Below the pieces are notes generated by a model. The model did not search any database. It saw nothing but the letters and a program-made list of their open reading frames with translations, and was not told where the DNA came from. Positions 1 through 10,596 of a stretch of DNA of 64,000 nt are shown piece after piece. Both the position numbers and the translations under genes were made by a program. Source of the stretch: Hemiscyllium ocellatum (taxonomy: Eukaryota); NCBI RefSeq assembly GCF_020745735.1, contig NC_083438.1, forward strand, positions 32,362,443 to 32,426,442, written 5' to 3'. Within the stretch, counting starts at the first letter, position 1. Each line of letters starts with the position of its first letter.

Positions 1-129
1 TAATACCCGGGTCAGTACTACTCTCCATTGTCTTTCAGTGTGGAATGTTGGGCCCACACCCTTCTATCTGGATATCACCGTCCCCCAAACCCCTGTTTCC
101 ACACACCCCCCACCCCCTCCCCCTGCCAG

Positions 130-310
130 TGGGACAGGACATACCCAGGGACAGTGACCGACTAATCTGGGAGATTGGATTGACTCAGTGTATGACCATG
201 TTAGAGGGTCTCCCACTTGGACACCAGTCTCCAGATGTTACTGAGGAGGGTCTGGAGTTACAACTGGGCCGGGTGTGTCTTTGTTGTTTCCTGATTCAAT
301 CCCTGGCTCA
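130..310. repeat. Intron block of the IgV-gene family that lies upstream of the TM exon (paralogs at ~47000-47210, ~51250-51370, ~63560-63770)
   Basis: It shares CCAGTGGGACAGGACATACCCAGGGA...CCAGATGTTA.TGAGG...CTGATTCAATCCCTGG with those loci. This implies copy A continues past the left edge of the window. Confidence 0.7.
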
Positions 311-334
311 GAATCTGTTCCCACCTGTCCAGTA

Positions 335-575
335 TCACCCTCCCCTGACAGGTGGCACCCTCCCCCCAGTAACACCCTCTTCCTGACAGCATGGCACCCT
401 TCCCCCCCCAGTACCATCCTCTCCCTGACAGTATGGCACCCTTCCCCCTCAGTACCATCCTCTCCCTGACAGTATGGTACCCTTCCCCCCCCCCTCCCCA
501 GTACCATCCTCTCCCTGACAGTGTGGCACCCTCCCCCCAGTACCACTCTCTCCCTGACAGCATAACATTCCCCCC
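335..575. repeat. ~40-bp minisatellite (about 6 degenerate units)
   Basis: Repeated CCTGACAG(T/C)(A/G)TGGCACC(C/T)TCCCCCCAGTACCATCCTCTC. It explains the Pro-rich ORFs at 238-649. Confidence 0.85.
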
Positions 576-804
576 ACCTCCATTCTACCGTCGCCCTGAC
601 AGATGCCCATGTACTGCACCCCCTCTATGACAATACAGTGCTCCCCCACCGTACTGCTCCCTCCCCAATGGGGTGGCCCTCAGCAGCAGGGAGTGTGGGC
701 CCCTATTTTATCCCAGGGTCTAATAAAGAGGGATTTGACCCTGTGACCTTCAGACTCAGGTTAGCTGAACCAAGTGAGCCAACCCCTTCCTGCCTCCCCC
801 AGCA

Positions 805-1105
805 TTAGATTACTTACAGTGTGGAAACAGGCCCTTCGGCCCAACAAGTCCACACCGACCCGCCGAAGCGCAACCCACCCATACCCCTACATTTACCCCT
901 AACCTAACACTATGGGCAATTTAGCATGGCCAATTCACCTGACCCGCACATCTTTGGACTGTGGGAGGAAACCGGAGCACCCGGAGGAAACCCACACAGA
1001 CACGGGGAGAACGTGCAAACTCCACACAGTCAGCCGCCCGAGTCGGGAAATGAACCCGGGTTTCAGGCGCTGTGAGACAGCAGTGCTAACCACTGTGCCA
1101 CCGTG
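805..1105 (-). mobile_element. HE1-like tRNA-derived V-SINE
   Basis: Reverse complement of CACGGTGGCACAGTGGTTAGCACTGCTG...TGTGGAGTTTGCACGTTCTCCCCGTGTCTG...GGCCGAAGGGCCTGTTTCCACACTG with a TAATC-type tail. Confidence 0.9.
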
Positions 1106-1151
1106 ATACCCTTTCACAGGGGATTACCTTGGGTTGTATTGAGTTGCTCAC

Positions 1152-1196
1152 CATGATCCGCTTCTGGGGTTTCACTTGGGCCTTGGGTTGGACAAA
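1152..1196 (-). CDS. 45-nt stalk exon of IgV-gene copy A ((V)CPTQGPSETPEADH(G))
   Basis: Splice sites gttgtgttttccag| and |gtgagc, phase 1-1. Same length and flanking intron as the copy C stalk exon at 31853-31897. Confidence 0.7.
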
Positions 1197-2439
1197 CTGG
1201 AAAACACAACAGTGAAACGTGAAACAGATCCAATGTGTACCTTCCACTCCCCCTCCCTCAGTTCCTCAACCACTGAAACCCTCATCTGTGCCTTTATGAT
1301 TCAGATACTGCAATATTCTCCTGGTCAGCGTGTCACATTGAACCCTCTGTTATCTCTCCATCCGTACTTCCCAGACCTCCCTTCCCCCACACCCCTCCCA
1401 TTGGCTGCCTGATTCTTTCCCCTCAGGATGAGGCTCCAGTGAGTATAATGGATTATAAAAGAGCAAATGTAGTGAGGCTGTGAACCTCCTGTGAGGGTTT
1501 GTAGGTTGGGATGATGTTTGCCCAAACAGTGCTGGAGGAATATGAACACGAGGCTGAGGATTCTAAAAACCAAGTGACATTGCAGAGCCAAAAATCACAT
1601 CAATACATTCTCAGGACCAGATGTACCAGCTCTACATCCCCACAGCAGGGTTTGTATTAACAGGCTAAACCCAGCCATTTCCTGACACACAAGGAAAAAC
1701 AACAGGATTGTTTTAAGTTAAAAACGTTGAGATGTGTCGGGGACAAGCCCAGTGTTTAATGTCCCCCTGGAGAAGGTGGGGCTGACCCACTTCATGACCT
1801 GAGTCAGTGCCGCCTGGTGAGGGTCCTCCCACGGTGCCGTTAGCGAGGGAGTTCCAGCATTTGGACCCAGTGACGATGAAGGAACAGTCGGCCTCTCTCC
1901 GTGTCAGGACGGTGTGCTGGAGACTCAGAGGGGAACAAGTGATCTGACGGGGGTATTGCTCGAGTGGTTTCTCACCACTTGATCCTGGAGTCCTCTATCA
2001 CATGAAATAATCAGGACCCGGAACGTTTAAATCTCCTCCCACAGTTCCCAGACCAGGGAAGTGAGGGGTTGTTGAGGAGAAAAAGCATTAGGTCCAAAGA
2101 CGTGCAAATTCTGTTAAACTCACCGTGATCTGATGTGAACGGAGGAGAAAACGTTCTCCAGGTTTTCAAGTTCCCAAACTCCACATAATAAACATCTTTA
2201 GTTGAATTTTTCAGATATCGAATATCTATGATGCACACGTTGTAGCAGCCGGACTGATTAAAAGATGCCCTATAATTCCCAGAGCAGGTTAAGCCATTGC
2301 AAAGTATCTCATCTATTCCACGTTTAAGGACTGGCTTCTGCTCCTCAGTTATACATTTATTTATCATTATATTCGCTGGTCGTTCAGTGGGTGCTGAAAG
2401 AGACAAAATAACAGCTTGAAACAACTTTTCATTTTTAAG

Positions 2440-2950
2440 CAAATAGATGCAGATGGAAGCCATTCAGCCCCTCAAGCTTCCTCCTGCTATACAAAGGTTG
2501 TTGTTCAACTTGAAACTGAAAAGATTTCTTACCAAGGTTGGAGTGTTTGAGCTATAGGGAGAGGCTGAATAGACTGGGGCTGTTTTCCCTGGTGTGACCT
2601 TATAGAGCTTCCTAAAAGCAGGAAGGGCATGGAAAGGGTGAACAGTCAAGGTCATTTCCCTGCGGTTGGGGAGGGCAAAACCAGAGGGTATAGGGATATG
2701 GTGAGAGCAGAAAAATTTAAAAGGGGTGTAATGGACAACTTTTTCACACAGAGGGTGGTACGTGTATGGAATGAACTGCCAGAGGAAGTGGAGGAATCAG
2801 GCATTGAAAAGGGATCTGGTTGGATATGTGAATAGGAAGTGTTTAGAGGGATGAGCCAAAATCGGATTAGATTAATATCGAATAGCTGGTTGGCATGGAC
2901 GAGTTGGACAAAACAGTCTGTTTCTGTGGTGTACAACTCTAATTCGATGA
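2440..2950 (+). mobile_element. CR1/HER1-like LINE 3' fragment
   Basis: GGCTGAATAGACTGGGGCTGTTTTCCCTGG...TTTTTCACACAGAGGGTGGTACGTGTATGGAATGAACTGCCAGAGG (FFTQRVVRVWNELP), ending in a GACTC-type tail. Confidence 0.85.
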
Positions 2951-3399
2951 CTCCCCTATTGTGTAGATTCATGGCTGACCTTCCACCCCACCTATATTTA
3001 CCTTCCTTATCCCCTCATGCACAATACCTTCCAATATCAGTTTTTCTTGAAAATACTGGAAGACTGAACAGTCTCACTTCTCGGAGAGACAGAAATCCAA
3101 GAATTTGAGAAATGGAATTTCTCCTCTCATTCAGAATAGCCATTTCCCTGTGGCTGTGACCCATGGGAAAAGGCTCTTGCTATTCAACTTATCTAGGATC
3201 CTCATGATTTTATAAACGTCTATGAAGGTCACCCCTTAACCTCCTAGAATCTGCCAGCCTTTCTAGTCTGTTTGTAGAACTCAAAACCCTCCATTCTCAG
3301 AAACATCTTGGTCAATCTCCTCTGACCCCTGTCCAATTTAATAATATCCTTCTGAAAACAGGGCGACCAGAACTGGGTGGGACAGTACTGCACAGGAGG

Positions 3400-3604
3400 T
3401 AAAAACAATGACCGCAGATGCTGGAAACCAGATTCTGGATCAGTGGTGCTGGAAGAGCACAGCAGTTCAGGCAGCATCCTAAGTGCAGCGAAATCGACGT
3501 TTCGGGCAAAAGCCCTTCATCAGGAATGGCTTTTGCCCGAAACGTCGATTTCGCTGCTCGTTGGATGCTGCCTGAACTGCTGTGCTCTTCCAGCACCACT
3601 GATC
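3400..3604. mobile_element. Penelope pLTR-derived inverted-repeat cassette with 17-bp flanking direct repeats
   Basis: The arms GATCAGTGGTGCTGGAAGAGCACAGCAGTTCAGGCAGCATCC...CGACGTTTCGGGCAAAAGCC fold onto their reverse complement. Flanks are CAGTACTGCACAGGAGG (3383-3399) and CAGTACTACACAGGAGG (3605-3621). Confidence 0.8.
3492..3527 (-). ncRNA. Minimal type I hammerhead ribozyme (PLE type)
   Basis: Minus strand: AUUC-CUGAUGA-A-GGGC(UUUU)GCCC-GAA-ACGU-C^GAUU. Confidence 0.7.
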
Positions 3605-3717
3605 CAGTACTACACAGGAGGCCATACCAACATCCTGTTGGAATCTTAACACGACGACCCAACTCCTGTACTCAAAGGTCTGAGCAATCAAGGCAAGCGT
3701 CCTAAATACCTTCTTTT

Positions 3718-4035
3718 TGGGTGGCATGGTGGCACAGTGGTTAGCACTGCTGCCTCACAGCGCCAGAGACCTGGGCTCAATTCCTGCCTCAGGCGACTGA
3801 CTGTGTGGAGTTTGCACGTTCTCCCCGTGTCTGCATGGGTTTCCTCCGGGTACTCCGGTTTCCTCCCACAGTCCAAAGATGTGCGGGTCCGGTGAATTGG
3901 CCATGCTAAATTGCCCGTAGTGTTAGGTAAGGGGTAAATGTAGGGGTAGGGGTGGGTTGCGCTTCGGCGGGTCGGTGTGGACTTGTTGGGCCGAAGGGCC
4001 TGTTTCCACACTAAGTAATCTAATCTAATCTAATC
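3718..4035 (+). mobile_element. Full-length HE1-like V-SINE
   Basis: tRNA-like head GGGTGGCATGGTGGCACAGTGGTTAGCACTG with B-box-like GGCTCAATTCC, V-domain TGTGGAGTTTGCACGTTCTCCCCGTG, CR1-like tail and (TAATC)n end. Confidence 0.92.
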
Positions 4036-4482
4036 TTAATTACCCTGCCTATCATGCAAATTTCAAGAATTATATAACTGAACACCTGGATCTCTCTGTT
4101 CTTCAACACTACCAAGGACCTACTGTGAATTATATAAGTACTGCCCCTATTTTTATTTCACAAAAATGCAAGGGGTTCAAACACATTTTCGATGAGTGAC
4201 CTGAATACAGCTTCTGATGACTATTCAGCCACATGGAGCAGAAAAATCCATCCCCAGGCCGGTCCTCAGCTAAGCTCCCGGCAGGGGCGTGGCTGCACTG
4301 TGGTGGTGAGCTGCAACAGGACACGAGCAGTTTCTTCCTTACGTTGCAGCTATAGCGCAGGAACAGACCATTCGGCCCATCTACCCCACACAAGCCTCCT
4401 ACAGTGTCACTGTTCAATGAATTGGGCAGTCACTGAGAAAAAACAGACAAGATATAAAGTGCCACCATTTTCATCACAGAAA

Positions 4483-4683
4483 CTTTACAGAGACACGAAC
4501 ATGTTGATGAAAGTGCTCAGCCATCCTGTCTCAAATCGGACACACGATCTGGTTCCGGTCTGTTTCCCTGAGGTCAGAGATCAGACATTACCAGTTACCA
4601 TGTTCCAGTTGATCTTTGAACAGGTTTGTACTTTTCTGATCTAACGTACTTATTCTGTCAAATCATCATTCCCACCGACAAAC
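4483..4683 (-). pseudogene. Disrupted 3' part of an IgV exon (copy A)
   Basis: Minus strand reads FVGGNDDLTE*...STNLFKDQLEHGNW*CLISDLRETDRNQIVCPI*DRMAEHFHQHVRVSVK. It has stops, has lost its donor, and its 5' half is replaced by CR1. Confidence 0.85.
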
Positions 4684-4699
4684 CAGTCTAAAAGCTAAC

Positions 4700-5555
4700 A
4701 ATCTGACCGGAGGACAACATTGCTAAGTTTGCAGGTGACACCATGATAAGTGGAGGGACAGATAGTGTGGCATACGCAGGGAGGCTGCAGAAGGACTTGG
4801 GTAGTCTAGGAAATGGACTAAGTAATACCAGTGGGATACAATGTGGCTAATAGAGTCATAGAGATGTATAGCATGCAAACAGACCCTTCGATCCAACTTG
4901 TCCACACTGACCAGCTATCCCAACTCAATCTAGTCCCACCTGCCAGCACCCGGCCCATATCCCTCCAAACCCTTCCTATTCATCTACCCATCCAAATGCT
5001 TCTTAAATGTTGCAATTGTACCACCTCCACCACATCCTCTGGCTAATAATGAGGTTATGCAGTTTGGTCAGAAGAAGAGAGGCACATATTCTAAAGGGGA
5101 AAGGTTTCAGAAATCTGAAGCATAAAGAGATTCAGGGCTCTCTTCAAGTTAACGTACAGTTCAGTTGGCTGTTAGGAAGGCAAACGCAATGGTAGCATTC
5201 ATTTCGAGGGGGCTAGAATACAAGAACAGGGATGTACTGCTAAGGTCCGGTCAGATCGCAGCTGAGTATTGAGAGCAGTTTCAGTCCCCAGATCTAAGGA
5301 AGGATGCGCTGGCCTTGGAGGAGATCCAGGGGTTTACAAGAATGATCCCAGAGATGAAGGGCTTGTCATGTCAGAAGTAGTAGAGAGACTGGAAATGGAG
5401 AAGACATTACCATGAGATAGAGAGACAAGGACCAGAGGGCACAGGCTCAGAGGGAAGGAACAACCATTTTGAACTGAGAGGGAGTGGATTTTTCCAGCAG
5501 AGTGTGGTGAATCTGTGGAACCCATTGCCGCTCACTCATTGTCTCAAGTCATTGT
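4700..5555 (+). mobile_element. CR1-like LINE fragment, with a short inverted CR1 3' end nested at ~4855-5045
   Basis: AAGTTTGCAGGTGACACC (KFADDT-like), GCAGAAGGACTTGG, TTCCAGCAGAGTGTGGTGAATCTGTGGAA. Confidence 0.75.
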
Positions 5556-5561
5556 TAAAAT

Positions 5562-5750
5562 GTATAGAATCCCTGCAGTGTGGAAACAGGCCATTCGGCC
5601 CAACAGGTCCACACTAACTCAACAAAGAGTATCCCACTTATTTCACTCTTCTACCTTATCCCTCCATTTCCCAGAACTAATCCACCTAATCTACACATCC
5701 CTGGACACTATGGGCAATTTTTAGCACAGCCAATCTACCAAATCTACACA
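5562..5750 (-). mobile_element. HE1-like SINE 3' fragment
   Basis: CAGTGTGGAAACAGGCCATTCGGCCCAACA...GGGCAATTTTTAGCACAGCCAAT. Confidence 0.75.
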
Positions 5751-6717
5751 TCTTTGAATATCTTTGGTAAATTAGCACTCAGCGTTTCAAACTTCCCAAC
5801 GTTCCTCCCTGTCTGTCCAGCATGATCCAATGTAAGAGCTGAAAACACATGCAGTAGTTTAGAAACAGATTTACCTGGTACAGGTGTGTTCAGTCCAGGT
5901 GTAGAAGCTCGCTCTAAAAAAAAAACAGGCGTTTAGTATGGTGTGTGAAACAAACTACAGAAATGTTCAGAGACTATATCGGGGTATAGGGAAACACATC
6001 CAGGGAGGAATGAGGCTTGATCAGGAGGAATCAGGAACAGGATTTCCAAGTGAAAACAGTATAGGGGTGAGGCAGATGGTGTGAAAGGGGCCAAGGCAAT
6101 GTGGTTCCTCACCTCCCTCCACCACTAACCTGTCAGACCATATCCCTCCCCTCTCCATCCAGTATAGCCTGATCCAGCCTCAGCCAAGGACATGAAGCCC
6201 AATCCTGAGTCCCGATTACCCCACTCCCCTTCCTCAGTGACAGGTCCCAGTTCTACTTACCAATGCTGGAATTAAGAAAACAGACCCCAGTGCCCAGGAA
6301 TCTGTCACACTCCCACTGAATCCCAGTTTCTATCCCAACATCAGCGACTATAAAAACAAAAACAAAAACTAAAACTGGGAAAACAAAAACTGAAGTTGGT
6401 GGAAGTCACTGGACCTGGAATGTTAACTCTTTACAGATGTTGCCAGAGCTGCTGAGCTTTTCCAGCAACTTCTGTTTTTGTTGTCACTGAGTGTAGTTCA
6501 GTAGCTGGATGTCACTGTTCACATCCCAGGGGTTATTCTGAAGACACTAACTGCCTTCCCTACAGTTCTCTCTCACAGTCACAGTGTGTAATGTGTCCCA
6601 CTCCCTCAGTGGGTCCACTTGCAGCCCACACAGCACCTTGAAGCAAGAGGAATTCCTGATTCCCCCCACCCCCAGCCTTTGATCCTGCTGAAATGTTCCA
6701 GCACTCACAGCACTGAC

Positions 6718-6784
6718 CTGAAACAGCAGCAACAACATTTAGCAGCAGAAGTAGCGAGGGGTGTAGTTTCTGTGAGCCATGTCC
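6718..6784 (-). CDS. Leader (signal-peptide) exon of copy A: GHGSQKLHPSLLLLLNVVAAVS(G)
   Basis: Acceptor tgtgttttcttgttgcag|, donor |gtcagt, 67 nt, phase 0-1, hydrophobic Leu run. Confidence 0.75.
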
Positions 6785-7239
6785 CTGCAACAAGAAAACA
6801 CAGTGAGCACCTTGGAGAAACTGAGGACTGCAGATGTTGGAGATCAGCGTCAAAAAGTGTGGTGCTGGAAAAGCACAGACGCTCAGACAGCACCTAAGGA
6901 GCAGGAGAGTCGCCGTTTCCAGCAATAAGCTCTTCATCAGTGAGCCCCTTTCCAAAACATTTAATTCCTTGTCACGTTGATGATTCCGACCCGTCCTCAG
7001 GTATGACTCAGATAAGCCAAATCACGAAAATGACTTCTCTTGCTGTTTGCCAAATTCACCTTTAAAGCCCATTACTTATCCCTTTTAGAACCGCCACACT
7101 CTCAGTCTAACTCCCTTTTCTATGTGGCGAAAGTAAGTATAGCTGATGCTGGAGATGAGAGTCAAGATTAGACTGGTGCTGTGCTTTTCCAACACCACTC
7201 TAATCTTGACTCCTTTTTCAATTAAGTAAAAAATTAAGT

Positions 7240-7790
7240 CTGCAGATGCTGGAGATCACAGCTGAAAATGTGTTGCTGGTTAAAGCACAGCAGGTTAGGC
7301 AGCATCTCAGGAATAGGAAATTCGACGTTTCGAGCATAAGCCCTTCATCAGGAATGAGAGAGAGTTTGCCAAGCAGGGAGGAGGGACTTGGGGGAGGGGT
7401 GTTGGAGGTGGGATATGTGGAAGGAGGTCAAGGTGAGGGTGATAGGCCGGAGTGGGGTGGGGGTGGAGAGGTCAAGAAGGAGATTGCAGGTTAGGAGGGC
7501 GGTGCTGAGTTGAGGGAACCGACTGAGACAAGGTGGGGGGAGGGGAAATGAGGAAACTGGAGAAATCAGAGTTCATCCCTTGTGGTTGGAGGGTTCCCAG
7601 GCAGAAGATGAGGCGCTCTTCCTCCAGCCGTCGTGTTGTTATGTTCTGCCGGTGGAGGAGTCCAAGGACCTGCATGTCCTCGGTGGATTGGGAGGGAGAG
7701 TTAAAGTGGTTGGGTTGGTTGGTCCGGGCGGCCCAGAGGTGTTCTCTGAAGCGTTCCGCAAGTAAGCGGCCTGTCTCCCCTTTTTCAATT
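7240..7790 (-). mobile_element. Penelope-like element 3' fragment: GIY-YIG endonuclease C-terminus, 3' UTR and pLTR
   Basis: Translation MQVLGLLHRQNITTRRLEEERLIFCLGTLQPQGMNSDF is a typical PLE endonuclease tail. A hammerhead follows on the same strand. Confidence 0.85.
7320..7355 (-). ncRNA. Minimal type I hammerhead ribozyme (PLE type)
   Basis: Minus strand: AUUC-CUGAUGA-A-GGGC(UUAU)GCUC-GAA-ACGU-C^GAAU, with a perfect 4-bp stem I (AUUC/GAAU). Confidence 0.78.
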
Positions 7791-7829
7791 ACACAATTGA
7801 CCCTCCGCCCTCCCTCAGATCACTTTACA

Positions 7830-8460
7830 AACTGAGAAGTTCCAGCCCTTTCTGTCTGTCTCGGAGATTGTCAGCATTTCCTTTTAATAAAGAGGTGAGT
7901 GCTGGGGGGGGGGGGTGATGAGGGAGAGAGAGTTTCCCCCCAGATCCTCCTCCCTCCCTCCCTCCGTGTCCCCGGGTGGGAGACACTGACAGTAAGTACC
8001 TGCAGCTCCTTTCCCGGGACCGGGACTGCGATCAGGATCAGAGGCAGACACTGACAGGAGACCGAGAGGCTGCTGAGAAACATTTGGTAAAACTCCGTGT
8101 TGGAGGGAGAGCAGGGTGTGTCTCAGTCAGATACAGCCCGGAGCCGGCCCTACAATGTCCCACTGACTTCACTCCTGGTCATTAAAGTTCGCGCTACAGC
8201 CACCGAGGGGGGGCAGTGGGCGTGTCTGTTAAAGACTGATCCATATTGTAGAGGGGTGTACCATTTCCTGACCCCGCCCCTCTTCTTCTCCCCAGCTCTG
8301 GATTCACAATTTTCCGGGAGTCCGCACTTGGATCCTGGTCTCATTCCAATCCTTCCAGGAGTAAAGCAGTTTTGACCCGGCTTTTCCCGACAGGAGCTGT
8401 ACCCGGATCCATCACACCTCCCCCTCTCTCCAGGTTCGAATGGGAGAACCCAAACAAAGA
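7830..8460 (-). promoter_or_regulatory. GC-rich promoter/first-exon block of copy A (putative ATG exon 8000-8083)
   Basis: Paralogous with 16740-17400, 28600-29300 and 53380-54090. It contains GC boxes and lies upstream of the leader exon in all four copies. Confidence 0.6.
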
Positions 8461-9030
8461 TACAACGCGCAATGATACATAGCCTCTCACTGCGCATGCT
8501 CGGCTGTAGGTATTTTTAAACACTTGTCAAAGTTAAAAATCATACAACACCAGGTTATAATCCAACCGGTTGAGGAGCGCTGCTCCTTCATCAGGTGGTC
8601 GTGAAGTATAAGATTGTGTCTGGCACACAGTATAAGACACAGGATTTATAGTAAGAGTTTACAGTGTGATGCAGCTGAAATTATACATTGAAAAATACCA
8701 TGATTGTTAAGTCTCTCATCTGTTAGAGTGACCATGTTAGTTTCACTACTTTCATATGGAAGTCGCAAAACTTTTTTTAAAAGTTAAATTCTCAAGTGAA
8801 TTTTAACAATTTGTGTCAGTCCAGATAATGTGTTGAAGGTTGCACAATAACCTGTTGTGTGAGTTTTAACTTTGTACACCCCAGTCCAATACTGGCATCT
8901 CCAAATTATAACAACCTTAAACACTGTCAGTCAGGATTTGGAGGAGCCAGTGCTGGACTGGAGTGGGCAAAGTTAAAAATCACACAACACCGGGTTATAG
9001 TCCAATAGGTTTATTTGTAAGTCAGGTAGT

Positions 9031-9065
9031 TACCTGATGAAAGAGCAACACTCTGAAAGCTAGTA
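9031..9065 (+). ncRNA. Minimal type I hammerhead ribozyme (second PLE subfamily)
   Basis: UAC-CUGAUGA-A-AGAG(CAACA)CUCU-GAA-AGCU-A^GUA. It sits inside an inverted pLTR pair (8965-9112) just upstream of a PLE RT fragment on the same strand. Confidence 0.72.
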
Positions 9066-9209
9066 TTTCCAAATAAACCTATTGGGCTATTGGTGTTGTG
9101 TGATTTTTAACTTGGCCTGAGAATGGGAAGACATCTCCCACAGTGCAGCTGAAAAAGATTCACATCTCACCGTCCCCCGCTGTCTGTAAACCCCCCCCCC
9201 CCACCCCAC

Positions 9210-10298
9210 TATTAACAACAACGGCATACTTAAACTACTGGACCTGTGCCTCACTACACACTTCACATTCAACAACCAGAACAAATCAACGGCACACCCA
9301 TGGGCTCACCGATCTCTGGACTCATAGCAGAAGCAGTAATGCAAAGGTTAGAACAAACAGTCTTACCGCAAATACAACCCAAACTCTGGGTCAGATATGT
9401 GGATGACACCTCTGTAATCATTAAAAACACAGAAATAGAGAACACACAGCAGATCATCAACGCCACACTCACAGGAATCCGATTCACGAGAGAGGAAGAA
9501 AAGGACAACCAGCTCCCATTCCTAGACGTGATGGTACAGAGAACACCGAAAGGAGAATTCAGCACAAAGGTATACAGAAAAGCCACACACACAGACCAAG
9601 TCCTGAACATGAAAGCAACCACCCCAACACACACAAACGAAGTTGCATCAGGACACTATTCAAAAAGAGCCACAACACACTGCAGCATACCAGAACTTCA
9701 AAAAGAGGAAGACCTATACAAGGTATTCACCAAAAACGGATACCCGCGCAATTTCATCAACAGATGCCTAAGGGAAAGACAACGGAACGAGGACATGCCG
9801 CAACCAAAGGACTAGCCACACTACCATACATCAGGAGCATTTCTGAACTGACAGCCAGACTACTGCGACCACTAGGACTCCTAACTGCACACAAACCAAC
9901 AGCCACTCTCAGACAACAACTCACCAGGAAAAGGACCCGATACCCAGCATAAGCAAAACTAATGTAGTGTACAAAATCCCATGCAAGGACTGCACAAAAC
10001 ACTACATAGGACAAACAGGAAGACAGCTAACGACTCGCATCCATGAACACCAACTAGCCACAAAATGGCACGACCAGCTATCCTTAGTAGCCACACATGC
10101 AGATGACAAGCAACATGAATTCGACTGGGACAACACTACTATTATAGGGCAAGCCAAACATAGAACAGCCAGGGAATTCCTAGAGGCATGGCACTCATCC
10201 ACAGATTTTATCAACAAACACATCGACCTGGACCCAATATACCGGCCACTGCAGCGGACAGCAAGAACTGACAACCGGAAGCGGCAGAGACAAGCCAC
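9210..10298 (+). mobile_element. Penelope-like retroelement, 5'-truncated: RT C-terminal half plus GIY-YIG endonuclease, frameshifted
   Basis: QINGTPMGSPISGLIAEAVM...KLWVRYVDDT...FTREEEKDNQLPFLDV (PLE RT) and YKIPCKDCTKHYIGQTGRQLTTRIHEH (GIY-YIG). Confidence 0.95.
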
Positions 10299-10596
10299 AT
10301 CTGCTGTGTGTTCTCTATTTCTGTGTTTTTAATGATTACAAAGGTGTCATCCACATATCTGACCCAGAGTTTGGGTTGTATTTGCAGTAAGACTGTTTGT
10401 TCTAACCTTTGCATTACTGCTTCTGCTATAAGTCCAGAGATCAGTGAGCCCATGGGTGTGCCGTTGATTTGTTCGTATATCTGGTTGTTGAATGTGAAGT
10501 GTGTAGTGAGGCACAGGTCCAGTAGTTTAAGTATGCCGTTGTTGTTAATAGTGGGGGGGGGGGGGGGGGGTTTACAGACAGCGGGGGACGGTGAGC
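10299..10596 (-). repeat. Inverted duplicate of 9161-9454 (PLE RT start plus its poly-C flank)
   Basis: ORF 10211-10612(-) repeats INGTPMGSLISGLIAEAVM...YVDDT. The poly-G at 10553-10570 mirrors the poly-C at 9190-9207. Confidence 0.9.

Larger units (their letters stand above)
3170..4170 (-). mobile_element. Degraded CR1 fragment interrupted by a PLE palindromic cassette (3400-3604) and an HE1-like SINE (3718-4035)
   Basis: CR1 RT C-terminal text (YCPTQFWSPCFQKDIIKLDRGQRRLTKM) resumes on both sides of each insertion. Confidence 0.7.
1152..8083 (-). pseudogene. IgV (B7/butyrophilin-like) membrane-protein gene copy A, pseudogene
   Basis: Putative ATG exon 8000-8083, leader exon 6718-6784, disrupted IgV remnant 4483-4683, stalk exon 1152-1196. 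No intact IgV exon was found. Confidence 0.7.

Noticed and set aside
2011-2463. 150-aa minus-strand ORF
   Set aside because: No recognisable motif, no convincing splice boundaries, not present in paralogs, and it abuts a CR1 fragment. Likely a chance ORF.
3718-3790. tRNA-like sequence at the SINE heads
   Set aside because: It is the tRNA-derived promoter region of HE1-like SINEs, continuous with the V-domain and CR1-like tail, and does not form a full cloverleaf gene.
6905-6945. Additional hammerhead-like motifs here and at ~8575, 18160, 18860, 34205, 41260, 50480, 57781 and 61590
   Set aside because: The catalytic core or stems are mutated (for example GUGAUGA, CUGCUGA, missing GAAA). Counted as decayed pLTR copies, not ribozymes.
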